Origin: Octopus vulgaris
Taxonomy: Eukaryota
DNA length: 64,000 nucleotides
Assembly: GCA_951406725.2 (NCBI GenBank)
Contig: OX597815.1
Location: 119,412,001-119,476,000 of the forward strand
Direction of reading: 5' to 3'
Part shown: positions 14,693 through 26,814 of the stretch, piece by piece
Layout: every line of letters begins with the position of its first letter
Numbering within the stretch: the stretch's first letter is position 1
Position numbers and translations under genes: made by a program
The notes under the pieces: generated by a model
Database searches by the model: none
What the model saw: the letters and a program-made list of their open reading frames with translations, nothing else
Told to the model about the DNA's origin: nothing

Positions 14693-14768
<76 letters not shown>

Positions 14769-14812
14769 GGTGGTGGTGGTGGTTGTGGTGGTGGTGGTGG
14801 TGATGATGATGA
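14405..14812 (+). mobile_element. RTE LINE fragment followed by long (GAT)n/(GGT)n
   Basis: Homologous to 7100-7350. Confidence 0.8.
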
Positions 14813-15061
14813 GTTATAACAAAATGAAGTGGGTACTAACTGTAGGGATACTCTAGGGTATTGAATATTCTGCTACAGTCCCTATCGGTAAGTAGGATCA
14901 GACTATGTAATTTCTTGTGTGTCACATGGTAAACAATAGCAGGTCAGCAGTTGAATGAAAATGTCAATCTTAATAGCTATTTGGGAATTATGACAGATCT
15001 CCTAGAGGTGGAGATAATATTAATAAGTCAAGAATTTATGTTGTATGGTATTTAATATTGT

Positions 15062-15405
15062 GAAGGCGCATGGTTCAGTGGTTTGAGCATTAAGCTCACA
15101 ATCATGAAGTAGTGAGTTTGATTCCCGGATCGGGCTCTGTGCTGTGTTCTTGAGCAAGACACTATTTCACATTGTTCCAATTCACTCATCTGTAGAAATG
15201 AGTGGCAACATCACTGGTGTCAAGCTGTATCAGCCTTTGCCTTTCTCTTGGATAACATCAGTGGCATGGAAAGGGGAGGCTGGTATGCATGGGTGACTGT
15301 TGGTCTTCCAAAAAAACAACTTTACCTGGGCTTGTGCCTCAGACGGGAACTTTGTAGGTGCAATCCCATAATAATTTATGACCGAAAGGAGTCTTCACCC
15401 TTTTT
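15062..15405 (+). mobile_element. tRNA-derived SINE family 3
   Basis: GGCGCATGGTTCAGTGG (A box) ...GAGTTTGATTCCC (B box) ...TTCTTGAGCAAGACAC; related copies near 58899 and 61875. Confidence 0.75.
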
Positions 15406-15414
15406 TATTAAATA

Positions 15415-17249
15415 CTAGCAGAGATACCCGGCGTTGCCCGGTTACATTCAATTGAAGAATTAGACTTTTCTGTTATATTTTCTGAATGAACTGGAATATC
15501 TATGTTTCGAATTTCATCAAAATTGCAGATGAGGGTTATTTCCCTCTTTACACACCCTAAAAAAATTGTAATCGTGCCACATGGAAACCAAAAGACGAAT
15601 GATCACAATAAGCAGTCAGTTACCCTACCATAGTCGTTACCACTCCCAATGTAGGATTCCTCACCATCCAGGTGACAAGCACAGCCATAAGATACATTAC
15701 GAATCTTATGCAATTGGAAGTGCGTGACCCAACTGAAATCAACATTAACAACTGTGTAATGTGAGGGCTTAGGAGAAATTAAAGTGTCACCTCTGGAGTT
15801 TACAAATGACCACTATACTGATACGTAACTGGACAGAATGAATTTAAAATCTATAAATGTCTTTGAATAACCAGTCATTCATCTGGGAAGGCCTTGTAAT
15901 CAATGTTACCATCTGGGGACTATGTGTGACCGAGTGATAATAAAAAGACTGAAAGGAGGTCTGCAATCAAATAACTTCACTCAACACTTTGCAACTGAAT
16001 CAGTGGAGACAAATATGCCTCTCATTTACTTAACAATTTATGCACCACATTGCAGAAATCACAATGTAAGTGTATGTCAAAGCAAACTGTTATAGTTTCT
16101 AAATGTAATTCTTTTTCTTCTCGTTCAGTTTATAACTATAATATGCATTCTTGTCTGTCTCTTGACAAAGTTTTTTTTTCTCCAGCGTTCACCAGTTCAC
16201 CTTGTTAGGGTTAAATAGCCGTTACTGAAGGTTTTCACTGTCCTGTTCTTGTTCCACGTATCTCAAATTTTATTTTATTTAATTTGCTTTGGGGGAGCAA
16301 TTGCTTTGACAAAGACACATCTTGATGCACTGCTCGCAATGCAGAGTAGGTAAATCTGCCAACAATTGAGGAAAGGTTGTTTTATTATGCTGCCGTTGCA
16401 CTATAGTTCTCAATGCATAATAGAAACCCAACCCAACCTGCTGTGTACAGTCACCTCAACGTCGCCCAGAGCGAGCTCTGGTCGCCGTAGAGTCGACTGT
16501 GGGCATGTGGCTGTGTACAGTCGCCTCTATCGAAGGCATTTTAGCAAAAATGCTTCCGTAAAGACGGTGAAAATATTGTCAATTTCCCCAAACAGGGACA
16601 CTATTCGATTTTTAAACAATAACCAAAGCCCCTTCTCCGAAAGGGGGAGTGTTATGGTTTACAATTATTTAACAAATGCAACACAACAACGTTTCCCTGA
16701 CGAGGAACCAACAAATCTGATTACAATAGTCAAACAGTTATAATAATAACAACAAACCTTTTTAATTTATCCCCATTTATTGATGCAATCTTATACGAAT
16801 TGCTAATACACACACACACACATAATAAGGGTGAAAAATTGAATATTAATTTGATTAATATGAATTGAAAACCAGTGGTGTAGCATATAAGACCATAGCG
16901 GATCTTCTATCAAAATGGATGACCACTGTTAATGGTTCATCCCTGTTATATAATACTTTCACTTTAATAGTTTCAGTATTAAAGTGAATGTCTGTATTAC
17001 AATAGAGAGATGTTTTTGTTTCACTTTTAACACGTAATACTGAAATAGTGGAGAAGATATGATATTGCTGTGGGCTCGCCCTAGGGAAAAAGTTAAAATT
17101 TTTTTGCCGATGACACTCCTCGGACCTTAAGTAAGGCATGTGTAAAATTTGAATGAAATTGGTTGTGTAGTTCTCAAGTTTTAGGGAAACACACAGACAG
17201 ACAGACAGACACACACACACACACATTCTCAGTTTTATATATAGAGAGA
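15415..17249 (-). mobile_element. Non-autonomous Helitron, 1.8 kb
   Basis: Minus strand A|TCTCTCTATATAT ... CCGGGCAACGCCGGG hairpin ... CTAG|T, the canonical Helitron termini in an AT target. Confidence 0.85.
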
Positions 17250-17940
17250 TAATTATATTTGTATATATTGTTCAAAAACAAGTCACTGGCCAGTCTGAGT
17301 TATTTTTCTTAGCTCATTTTTGTTTAAATTATGCAAATTACCTAGGCCACAAGTGTGTTCAACACATTTTGTATAAGACTAAGTCCCTTGGCTACATTGG
17401 ACAATTGTGTTGATGATAGCTATTGAGCCAGGAACATGTCTACAACTATCCTCTTATCTCCAGACAATAAACCTGTTCTTAACCTCAATGTCATGTCAAC
17501 GTTGGAAAATTCTTAAGTCTTGAGATTATCTCTCCTTCTCATGTGGAGCTGGTCTTAATTGCTGTTTTTCTAATTATGATGCATACTCTAGAAGCAATAA
17601 TAATTTCAATAAATCAAGAATTTACAAAGTATGGCATTTGATATAATTGTATTTGTGCATGTCATTCAAATACACGTCACTGGCAACTCTGAGTTACTTC
17701 TAATAGGACACAGTTTTTGTATAGTCTGGTGGTTGTATAGTTAAATTCTCGGGGCAGCAATTAAACTTTCCCCTGACATAAACTACATGTTTAAATTATA
17801 GAAAATTAGGTTATCTTATGCTCAATGAGTAAAACAACACACCAAATGAACATCTCATCAATAAAATATGATTTAAAGCTATTTGGGGGTCAATGAAGAT
17901 ATTAAAGGGATAGTACTATGAAATTTAGGGTGGCTTAGAC

Positions 17941-18665
17941 CAGTGCTTCTCAAACTAAAAGATGTGGTGTACCAACAGTTTTTTTTTTGCCAATGTGCCA
18001 GGAACCAGTAATATTTCTTAGTAATATTAATTTATAGTGGAAACAATATATATACTGAATATTATAATAGTTGATGTTTTTTTTTATTATAATAGTGGCA
18101 AGCTGGCAAAAATGTTAGCACACTAGGTGAACTGCCTAGCAGTATCTCGTCTGCTGTTATGTTCTGACATCAAATTCCGCTGAAATCAACTTTACCTTTC
18201 ATCTTTTTGGGGTCGATTAAATAAGTACCAGTTATACACTGGGGTCGATGTAATCAACTTAATTCCTTTGTCTGTCCTTGTTTGTTCCCTTTGTTTTTAG
18301 TCCCCTGTGAGCAATAAAGAAATGAATATTAAAGGCAGTGAGCTGCCAGAAACGTTAGCACGCCAGGTGAAACAGTTAGCCGTATTTTGTCTGTCTTTAT
18401 GTTCTGAGTTCAAATTCCGCCGAGGTTGACTTTGCCTTTCATCCTTTCGGGGTCGATAAATTAAGTACCAGTTGTGTACTGGGGTCAATCTAATCAACTG
18501 GCCCCTTACCAAAAATTTGGGGCATTGTGCCTAGAGTAGAGAAGAATATAATATTACATAAGCATTTTATAATGTTTCTTTCTTTTCTGGAAACTCACTG
18601 CATACCGGCAGCTGATGGCTCATGGACTGGCACCAGTCTGTGGACCACCACTTTGAGTAGCACTG
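17941..18665. mobile_element. hAT-type MITE carrying two tandem SINEs
   Basis: TIR CAGTGCTTCTCAAA / TTTGAGTAGCACTG; flanks GCTTAGAC / ACTTAGAT (6/8). Confidence 0.7.
18092..18548 (+). mobile_element. Two tandem copies of tRNA-derived SINE family 2
   Basis: GAGCTGGCAGAAACGTTAGCAC head, GAGTTCAAATTCC B box, and GCCTTTCATCCTTTCGGGGTCGATAAATTAAGTACCAG core; other copies near 20562, 38630, 46008 and 47167. Confidence 0.85.
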
Positions 18666-18907
18666 ACTTAGATAATGTTAAAAAAAATGAAAGAATAAGA
18701 AATGATGTTAGCACATTCATCACTAATGTGTTATTTGGGAGCAAACAATAGGTGGCTGTGTGGTTAGGAAGCTTACTTTGCAATCACGTGGTTTCAGTTT
18801 CAATCCTACTGCATGGTACCTTGGGTAAGCATCTTTTAAAAGAATCCTGGGCCAATGAATGCCTTGTGAGTCAATTTGGTAGGTAAAAACTCTGCGAAAG
18901 CTTATCA

Positions 18908-18943
<36 letters not shown>

Positions 18944-19345
18944 TGCACGCGTGTGTGTGCATGCATATTTTTGTGTGTCTTCATGTTTGCCCCTGCAACC
19001 CACTTCATAAAAAGACAATAGAGTTATTAATAAGAAAAGTTGAAATTAATGCATGCAAGATTTCATAGCTCTAGCATCACTCCTTCATAGTCAGCCTATG
19101 AACTTTTCAGCCCACTCTCATGTGTATGTATGTATGTATGTATGTATGTATGTATGTATGTGTGTGTGTGTGCATACGTATATATATATATATATAGACA
19201 AAGATAAATGTATATGTATGCATGTATGTATATTTATATATATTATATATTATATATATATACACACACACACACACATACATACTTATATACATGCATA
19301 CAGTCAGACAGATAGACAGACAGAAAGATAGATAGACTGACATAC

Positions 19346-19391
<46 letters not shown>

Positions 19392-19582
19392 GAGAGTAAG
19401 GGAGAGAGAGAGAGAGATTTAATGTAATATATAATAGATATAAAATATATAATATATAATGGTATGCACATAGAAGCAATCATCTAGATCGCCATTTGTA
19501 TAGTCAGACACACACACACGTGCATACATATACAGGTTATACATAGGAATACTTATACAAGCACACAAAGACAGTAAAGTAG

Positions 19583-19613
<31 letters not shown>

Positions 19614-20200
19614 AGAAAATTGCATAGTGTTACAATACACAGATGCTGTCTTTACAATGAATCATAAAACATGTCTGCAACACAAAATGCTGCTTAGCTG
19701 GCGAGAAAACACTCAACAGGAAATAGTGAGTCAGCAAAATATTGGACACAAGGGAAGGCTGCTAGAGATAAGAGCAATTTATCTAGCTAGATGGTATTGG
19801 AGAATACACACCAATTATCATCTGAACAATAACTTTGTATCTTTGGACACAGTCTATCTAGATAGACAATAGTTGGTACTTCTATTGGTACTGCTGTTGA
19901 TATAAGTTTGATTAGGTTTTCTATAGTTATCTTGAAGTAACTGGTATTTAAATCACCTTTAAAATCTTGTTATTTATTTCTCCTTTAAGAGTATTATTAT
20001 TGTTATTGTTATTGTTCAGACCTTGTTATAGCCGAATAAAATCATTTTAGATTGACTGAAGGAAATGTGGAAATTTAGACGTTAACTTCAGACTTCTTGG
20101 GTAGGTGCTAATTCTTTTTATAACATATGTTGTAATTATCTATTTCACTAACTTTGGTAAGATGTCAGCTCAGAGGTACAGGATCTCAAACCTAATGCTA

Positions 20201-20437
20201 TTTACTCTTTAACATTTCAACAAGTAGTTTACTCTGTCCAATGGAATGCTTATTTATTCACATCATTTTGAATTAATCATGCATTATCTTGTTGCTTCTA
20301 GATTTCAGGGATGTGATTGTTGATTTTTGAATGACAGTGTAAGGTAGATATGAGAGGCTGAATCTGGTCAGTTTCAACATAAAACAACTAAATACATTTG
20401 TACCTGATATGGCCAGTCTAAAATGCCAAAGGATTAA
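20201..20437. mobile_element. piggyBac-type MITE (degenerate)
   Basis: Homologous to 21945-22172 and 59207-59446; ends AAAGGATTAA. Confidence 0.6.
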
Positions 20438-20561
20438 GCCCTAAATACAAGATATCATATGCAAGAGATAAGGGGAGGAAAGGGATAGAAGAAATGCTTT
20501 ATGCTGGGCCATGCTTTTATGGGAGCAACACTTTTGGGTTTGCTGTATAAGATTGTATATA

Positions 20562-20792
20562 ATTCTTTATTGCCCACAAGGGGCTAAACATAGAGGAGAC
20601 AAACAAGGACAGACAAACGGATTAAGTCGATTACCTCGACCCCAGTGCGAAACTGGTACTTTATTTATCGACCCCGAAAGGATGAGAGGCAAAGTCGACC
20701 TCGGCAGAATTTGAACTCAGAACGTAATGACAGATGAAATACCGCTAAGCATTTCACCCAGCGTGCTAATGTGTCTGCCAGCTCGCCGTCCT
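20562..20792 (-). mobile_element. SINE family 2 with 14-bp TSD
   Basis: TATAAGATTGTATA at 20546-20559 and 20793-20806. Confidence 0.9.
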
Positions 20793-21384
20793 TATAAGAT
20801 TGTATAGGCTTGTATAAGATTGTATAGGCTTGAGAACTCCCAAGGGAAGGTGTGAATTAAAAGGCTGCTCTGGAGCACACATTAACTATGTCACTCATCT
20901 CATGTCAACTAAAAGTGCAAAATGTCTTGGAGTTTAATACTAGAAATACAAATATTGTACCTGAGAATAATAAACTCTGCATACATTTTTTTTTTTTAAT
21001 TTATAGCCAGTTAACCATATCAATAGTTATATTCTGTCAATGAAAATCATTTTTCTGCTTTTTTTTTGCAATTAATAAATGTTTCAGAGAATTCTGAAGT
21101 AGCTATGTCATTACACACAAAAAAAAAACAAAAAAAACTATAACTACTTAAACGGTCACAAACGTAGCTGCCTGATTAATAATTCAGTTTGTAATTATGT
21201 GGTTTTTGGGCTTAATCCTGTGTAAAGTTTTCTCTGGTCTGCACTTTGTAGTGTTTAGTCATTGTAAAACAGCAGTACATTTTCTGTTGCCATCTTAAGT
21301 AGTTGATATGTGTAAATAGAAGGGAGATAAGTCACACATCAATAGGTCCTACTGTGCAGCACTTTAAGCAAGTATCTTGTATTC

Positions 21385-21610
21385 GTTTATTCTTTATCTA
21401 TTTCAGCCATTTGACTGCGGCCATGCTGGACCACTGCCTTTAGTTGAACAAATCAACCCCAGGATTTATTCTTTGTAAGCCTAGTACTTATCCTGTCAGT
21501 CTTTTTGGCCAAACCACTAAATTACGGGAGCGTAAACACACCAACATTGGTTAAGTGATGGTGGGGAGGGGGAAAATACAGATTCACAAACATATACACA
21601 CACACATACA

Positions 21611-21642
<32 letters not shown>

Positions 21643-21800
21643 CGGCGGACTTCTTTCAGTTTCCATCTACCAAATCCACTCACAAGGCTTTGGTTGGCCC
21701 AAGGTTATAGGAGAAGACACTTGCCCAAGGTGTCACACATTGGGACTGAACCCAGAACCATGTGGCTGGTAAGCAAGCTACTTACCATACACTCATGCCT
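21385..21800 (-). mobile_element. SINE family 1
   Basis: Reverse complement of 42740-43155 with an internal (CATA)n. Confidence 0.85.
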
Positions 21801-21944
21801 GTCTTGTATGTTAGCCTTATTTAGGTCAACCAAAATTCTTGGGGATGTAATCCAGCTGATTAAAACAATGGGTTATTCCTGTTCTTTGGTGGTAGACTTA
21901 ACTGTTTATCCAGTCTATCATTACCAGAGGGCTATTGGTTATCT

Positions 21945-22172
21945 TTAATCCTTTAGCATTTAAACCAGCTGTATCTGGCCCAAATATTCTACCTGCTTTA
22001 TGCTCAAACTGGTCAGATCTAGCCTTTCACACTTACCCTACAGTGTCATTTTACAAATAAAATGCCACATCACCAAAGTCACAAAGCTATGAAATAATGC
22101 ATGACTAATTTTAAATGATGTGAACACATAAGCATTACACTTGTCAGAGTAATCTGAATGTTTAAGGGTTAA
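21945..22172. mobile_element. piggyBac-type MITE
   Basis: TTAA-TCCTTTAGCATT ... AATGTTTAAGGG-TTAA termini. Confidence 0.75.
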
Positions 22173-23376
22173 TAAGTACTCTTAGTTGCAAGCATTTAGT
22201 CAGGATATCTGACCAATGCCAACTTCCTTCCTCCCCTACTGGCTCTGAAAATAGTTTTGGCTTCTTTCTATTTTCACTCTTAACTATTAAAAGAAAACCA
22301 AAAGACTATTCAGAAAATTGTGATTTATTTAGCATAGAAGCAATTAGAGTTAGAGTAATAACAGTTACAGTGAGACAGATTTGTCACTACATTGAATGGA
22401 CATATATTTCTTTACTATCATATCATTCTCCCAGTCTTCTATAGTATATCATACTCTATTGCCTTAACAAATGTTAGGTTAGTTAACAATATCTTCATTT
22501 GGATTCACTTTAGTTAGGCTTCACGTGTTAATACTTTGATCACCAAAGTGATGTAGGTATAATGACTAAATTAAGAAAATATATCATTATTTAGGAGAAG
22601 CTCTTCTTTGTCTGTTTGTTTACTTATCTATTGTCAGTTACTGGCATGAAATATGCCAAAGGATATGTTAAGAAAAACACTTACAGAAAGAGAGAAGTGG
22701 GGAGAGTGGAAACAATGAGAAAAAGAAACCAACTGACTGGCAGGTAATTGAGGAACTGTAATAAAAAGGTAAACAGCCATTTACACACACATACACACAC
22801 GTGCATGCACATATATCTTTGTGTATATGCATGGATACATACGCATATGCTATATACATACATACATGTGTACATACATATGCAAACACACACACACATA
22901 CATACATATATATATACATTACATATGAATGTATATATGTATAAGTGTGTGTGTGTATATATATATACATATACACATACATATATGCATGAGTGTTTGT
23001 GCTTGTGTCAGAGTGTGTGCATTTGTGTGCATGTGTATGCTTGTGGTTGCATACGCGTGTGTGTGTGTGTGTGTGTGTGTGCAAATGTATATAAATGAAT
23101 ATGGAAATGATGATGGAGGAGGAAATTAGGGCAACAGGATTGGTGAGAGGGATGCAGAGAATAGGGAAAAATGAGGAAGAAAGTCTTGAGGCCAGCAAGC
23201 TCAACCCTATGCTTGCAGGAAGAATAGTTCTAAAACATTTGTTTTAAGGCAATTTTCCCCAGCCTTATATACTTCATCATCACCATCATCATCATCGTCA
23301 TTATTTAATGTCTGTTTTCCATGCTGGCATGGGTTGGACGCCTTAACAAGAACTGGCAAGGTTAGCTACAACAGAC

Positions 23377-23452
<76 letters not shown>

Positions 23453-23985
23453 TTACTATTATGCAAACATGTCATAAGTCAAAAACGTTGCTTTTTCAGA
23501 AAATGGAAAAATAGTTTCACAATTCCATAGCCAAAATGTTGTACTACACTTCAACAATTTTTGATATCTTGGCATCTGAAGCAGCTGGAGATACAATAGT
23601 TTGACCAAAAGGACTGGTTATTGCAAGCAAAAATAAATATTGAAAAAAACACATTTGGCCAAATTTGGACATACAACAGTTTATATCATCATCGTTTGTC
23701 GTTTAACATCTGTTTTCCATGCTAGCATGGGTTAGACGGTTTGACTAGGGACTGGCATGCCAGGGGGCTGCACTAGGCTCCAATCTGATCTGGCAAGGTT
23801 TCTACAGCTGGGTGCCCTTCCTAACACCAACCAGTCCGAGTGTAGTGGATGCTTTTTATGTGCCACTGGCACAGGAGCCAGTTGGAGCAGGAAGGAGGTG
23901 GGGGGCTGGCATTGACCATGTTCAGAGGATGCTTTTTTGTGCCACTGGCACGGGGAGCCAGTCAGGCAGCACTGGCATCAATTCA

Positions 23986-24028
<43 letters not shown>

Positions 24029-24098
24029 TCATATATATATATATATATTCATATATATATTTATATTCATATATATATATTATATTCATATATATATA

Positions 24099-24150
<52 letters not shown>

Positions 24151-24250
24151 TAGATGTGTGTATTTTTCCCTTGTTAACAATTAACATGCAAAAAATAGAT
24201 AAATAGTTACCAGAGTAGCAAAAAATATCCTATAACGTTTCATTTCTTCA

Positions 24251-24337
24251 TTTCCCTGAAGAGAAGATTACATTGTTTTACACCATTTTATTCCTTTGGA
24301 ATAATACCAGTGATATCTTCGAAACATATATCGAAAG
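24251..24337 (+). ncRNA. Candidate type I hammerhead ribozyme in a short (TA)n-embedded element (about 24150-24382)
   Basis: CTGAAGA at 24256-24262, stem II GAAGAT/ATCTTC, GAAAC at 24321-24325, then ATAT ATC; stems I and III each have one mismatch. Confidence 0.6.
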
Positions 24338-24395
24338 TAAAATAATTTTAACAGCACCTGCGTTTAACTCCATTTATTTATTTGTGTGTGTGTGT

Positions 24396-24433
<38 letters not shown>

Positions 24434-24883
24434 AATTTAACAGAAGAACTTTTATTTCAAACCCAAGATTTGAAACACAAGTACTTCTATAAAACGCAAG
24501 AAAATGATAAAATAGTTATCCTAGATATTTTTGTATTCAGTTCATTAAAGAAGAACTGATCAGCTTAATTTTAGTGTTAACACATGAAACTCTCGGCCCT
24601 TGAGCCACTCTATTGGTTCTGCTAAATATTAGTAATATAAGTAAAAGTGAGTTTGGAGGGATATACTATCCATGCGGATACTGTATTAGCTCCTCTCAGT
24701 TCCAGTTAATGGCTAACCATTACGATCAGTATTTAACGGCTGTGACTACAATTTGCAACAGTGAGTAGTCACTGCAGCAGAAACACATGTACACCATTAT
24801 AATATGCTGCATATAACTATAAAGTAAATTTTGTGGATGTGCAAGTCTCCATACTCTTTATTATTGATGATAATAATAGTATA

Positions 24884-25300
24884 TCTCTTATATGAAATCT
24901 GTTCTGTCTGTCTGCCTGTCTGTGTGTGTGTGTGTCTTCTTGGATCTCAGGCACCCTCCATCCAATTGCGCTCACATTTTATATGTAGATACAGACGGTA
25001 TCAGGGCGTGTATAAGTCTTGAAAAAATTACAAAAATCAATTCCAGGTGAGAATGTGATTGATAAAGCCATTTTTGTCCTGCTTTTCTTCCATCAACCGG
25101 TACATAACTGCACCTTCCATTTTTTGTTGTTTTTTGTACTGCTTAAAGGCATGTTTCTTTCCTGCCAAGCTTACTGTTTAAACCATGTTTGTGTTCTCCC
25201 AGTCAACAGTCTTATCATTACTGGTACTTCTAACTCTTCAGTTGCATATTTGTGTGAATAAAATCGTTTTTCTTTGGAATAGAAAAAAAAGTCCATCTTT
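24884..25300 (+). mobile_element. Helitron 5' fragment
   Basis: A|TCTCTTATAT start followed by (GTCT)n/(GT)n, similar to the 5' end of 15415-17249. Confidence 0.5.
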
Positions 25301-25463
25301 ATTTCTCCTTTTGCTGGTGTCTCAAATTTAGGTTAAATCAGTGTTTCTCAAAGGGGAGGCCTATGGGACGGTCAGACAAGTTGTTTTGAGAAAATTTGGT
25401 TTAAATGTTTGACAACTCAGCACCATCCATTGGACAGCGGTGTGGTGGGAGGCGTTTTGCTTG

Positions 25464-25563
<100 letters not shown>

Positions 25564-25573
25564 TATACACATA

Positions 25574-25985
25574 AGAAGTAATGTTTTTCAGCACCTAAAT
25601 GTTGGTGTTCTATAAGAACAGATGATACTGTTATCTTAACCCCAGGAAGATGTTTCCTCCAGCTGGTTATTCAGGGTGCTTCATATTTAATATATATTGT
25701 GGGGAGAGAACTCAAAGACCACCAGATCATGTTATTTCAACCTCGCTCTGGTCACCCTCCATGATAGATATTTGTGTGCTAGACATAACAGTAGTTTACC
25801 TCAGCTTGCAATATATAGCAAAACAGTTAAGTTGTAACTAGCAAACTAAGCCATTAAGAAAATAACTAATCAGTGTGAAGTCCACTGAATAACCAGCTGG
25901 AGGAGGCGTTCTCCTGGGGCTAAGGCAGCAGTATCATCTGTTCTTACAGAACACCCATGTTTAGGTGGCGATAAACATTACTTCT
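25574..25985. repeat. Long inverted repeat, arms of about 114 bp (25574-25687 / 25872-25985)
   Basis: For example AAGAACAGATGATACTG/CAGTATCATCTGTTCTT and CCTCCAGCTGGTTATTCAG/CTGAATAACCAGCTGGAGG. Confidence 0.9.
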
Positions 25986-26403
25986 AAGAATAAATACTGC
26001 TTTTATCTTGAATAGAGATTTATTTAATAAGCTAGTCATGGTGCCATGCAAAAGCACTTGTCTGATGCCATGAGAAAAGCATCTAGCACACACTATAATG
26101 TTGTTGGCATTAGAAAAGGCATCATACCTCAGAAACCAGGCCAAATCAGACTACTAGAAGTTGATGTAGCTCTCCAGTTTGAAAGCTTCGGTAAAACCAT
26201 CTAACCCATGCCAGCAAGGAAAATGGAGATTAAAGGATGATGATCATGATATATATATATAAAATATAAAATATATAGATAGATAGATAGAAATAATGCC
26301 TATATATATATATATACATATAGACAGTTCTATATTTAAGAGAGGAGGAATTATGCACATTATTTACATTTGACGGATATTTGTCCTCATTTTGTTTGTT
26401 GTT

Positions 26404-26450
26404 AAAACAACGTTTCAGCTGATATACCCTCCAGCCCTCATTAGGTGTCT
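26404..26450 (-). ncRNA. Degenerate minimal hammerhead motif in a short element (about 26322-26500)
   Basis: Minus strand: GACAC-CTAATGA-G-GGCTGG agggtata TCAGCT-GAAAC-GTT-GTTTT; one core mismatch (G5A). Confidence 0.5.
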
Positions 26451-26544
26451 TGGGGAAATTTCGAAACTGGGTTCTCATTCCTAAGGTATTTTTCAATGTT
26501 GTTGTTATTATTATCATTATTATTATTATTATTATTATTATTCT

Positions 26545-26770
26545 ATGTTTGATTTTTGTTTTATGTCTGTACAAGTTGGCTCCAAGTCTCACCCAGAGAC
26601 CTCAAGAGACAACAGGTTGGAAGTTCATGTTGTTGTTATGCCTAGTGTGCCATATATTTGGGGTTTTTTTTTTGGTGTTGCACTAGTGAATGTCTAATAC
26701 ATAAATTTAAAAAAAAAAAAGTTTGTTTTAAACCTTAGGATTACATAGAGAGTATTTTGCGTAGGATATG
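26545..26770 (-). mobile_element. 3' end (last codons and 3' UTR) of the R4/Dong-like LINE, inverted relative to the ORF fragment
   Basis: 26730-26770 is the reverse complement of 27538-27578 (37/41); abuts (TAA)n on the minus strand. Confidence 0.8.
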
Positions 26771-26814
26771 AAAACCCGTGCCAAAACTGCGGCCTTAGAT
26801 ATTCTGAATAATAA

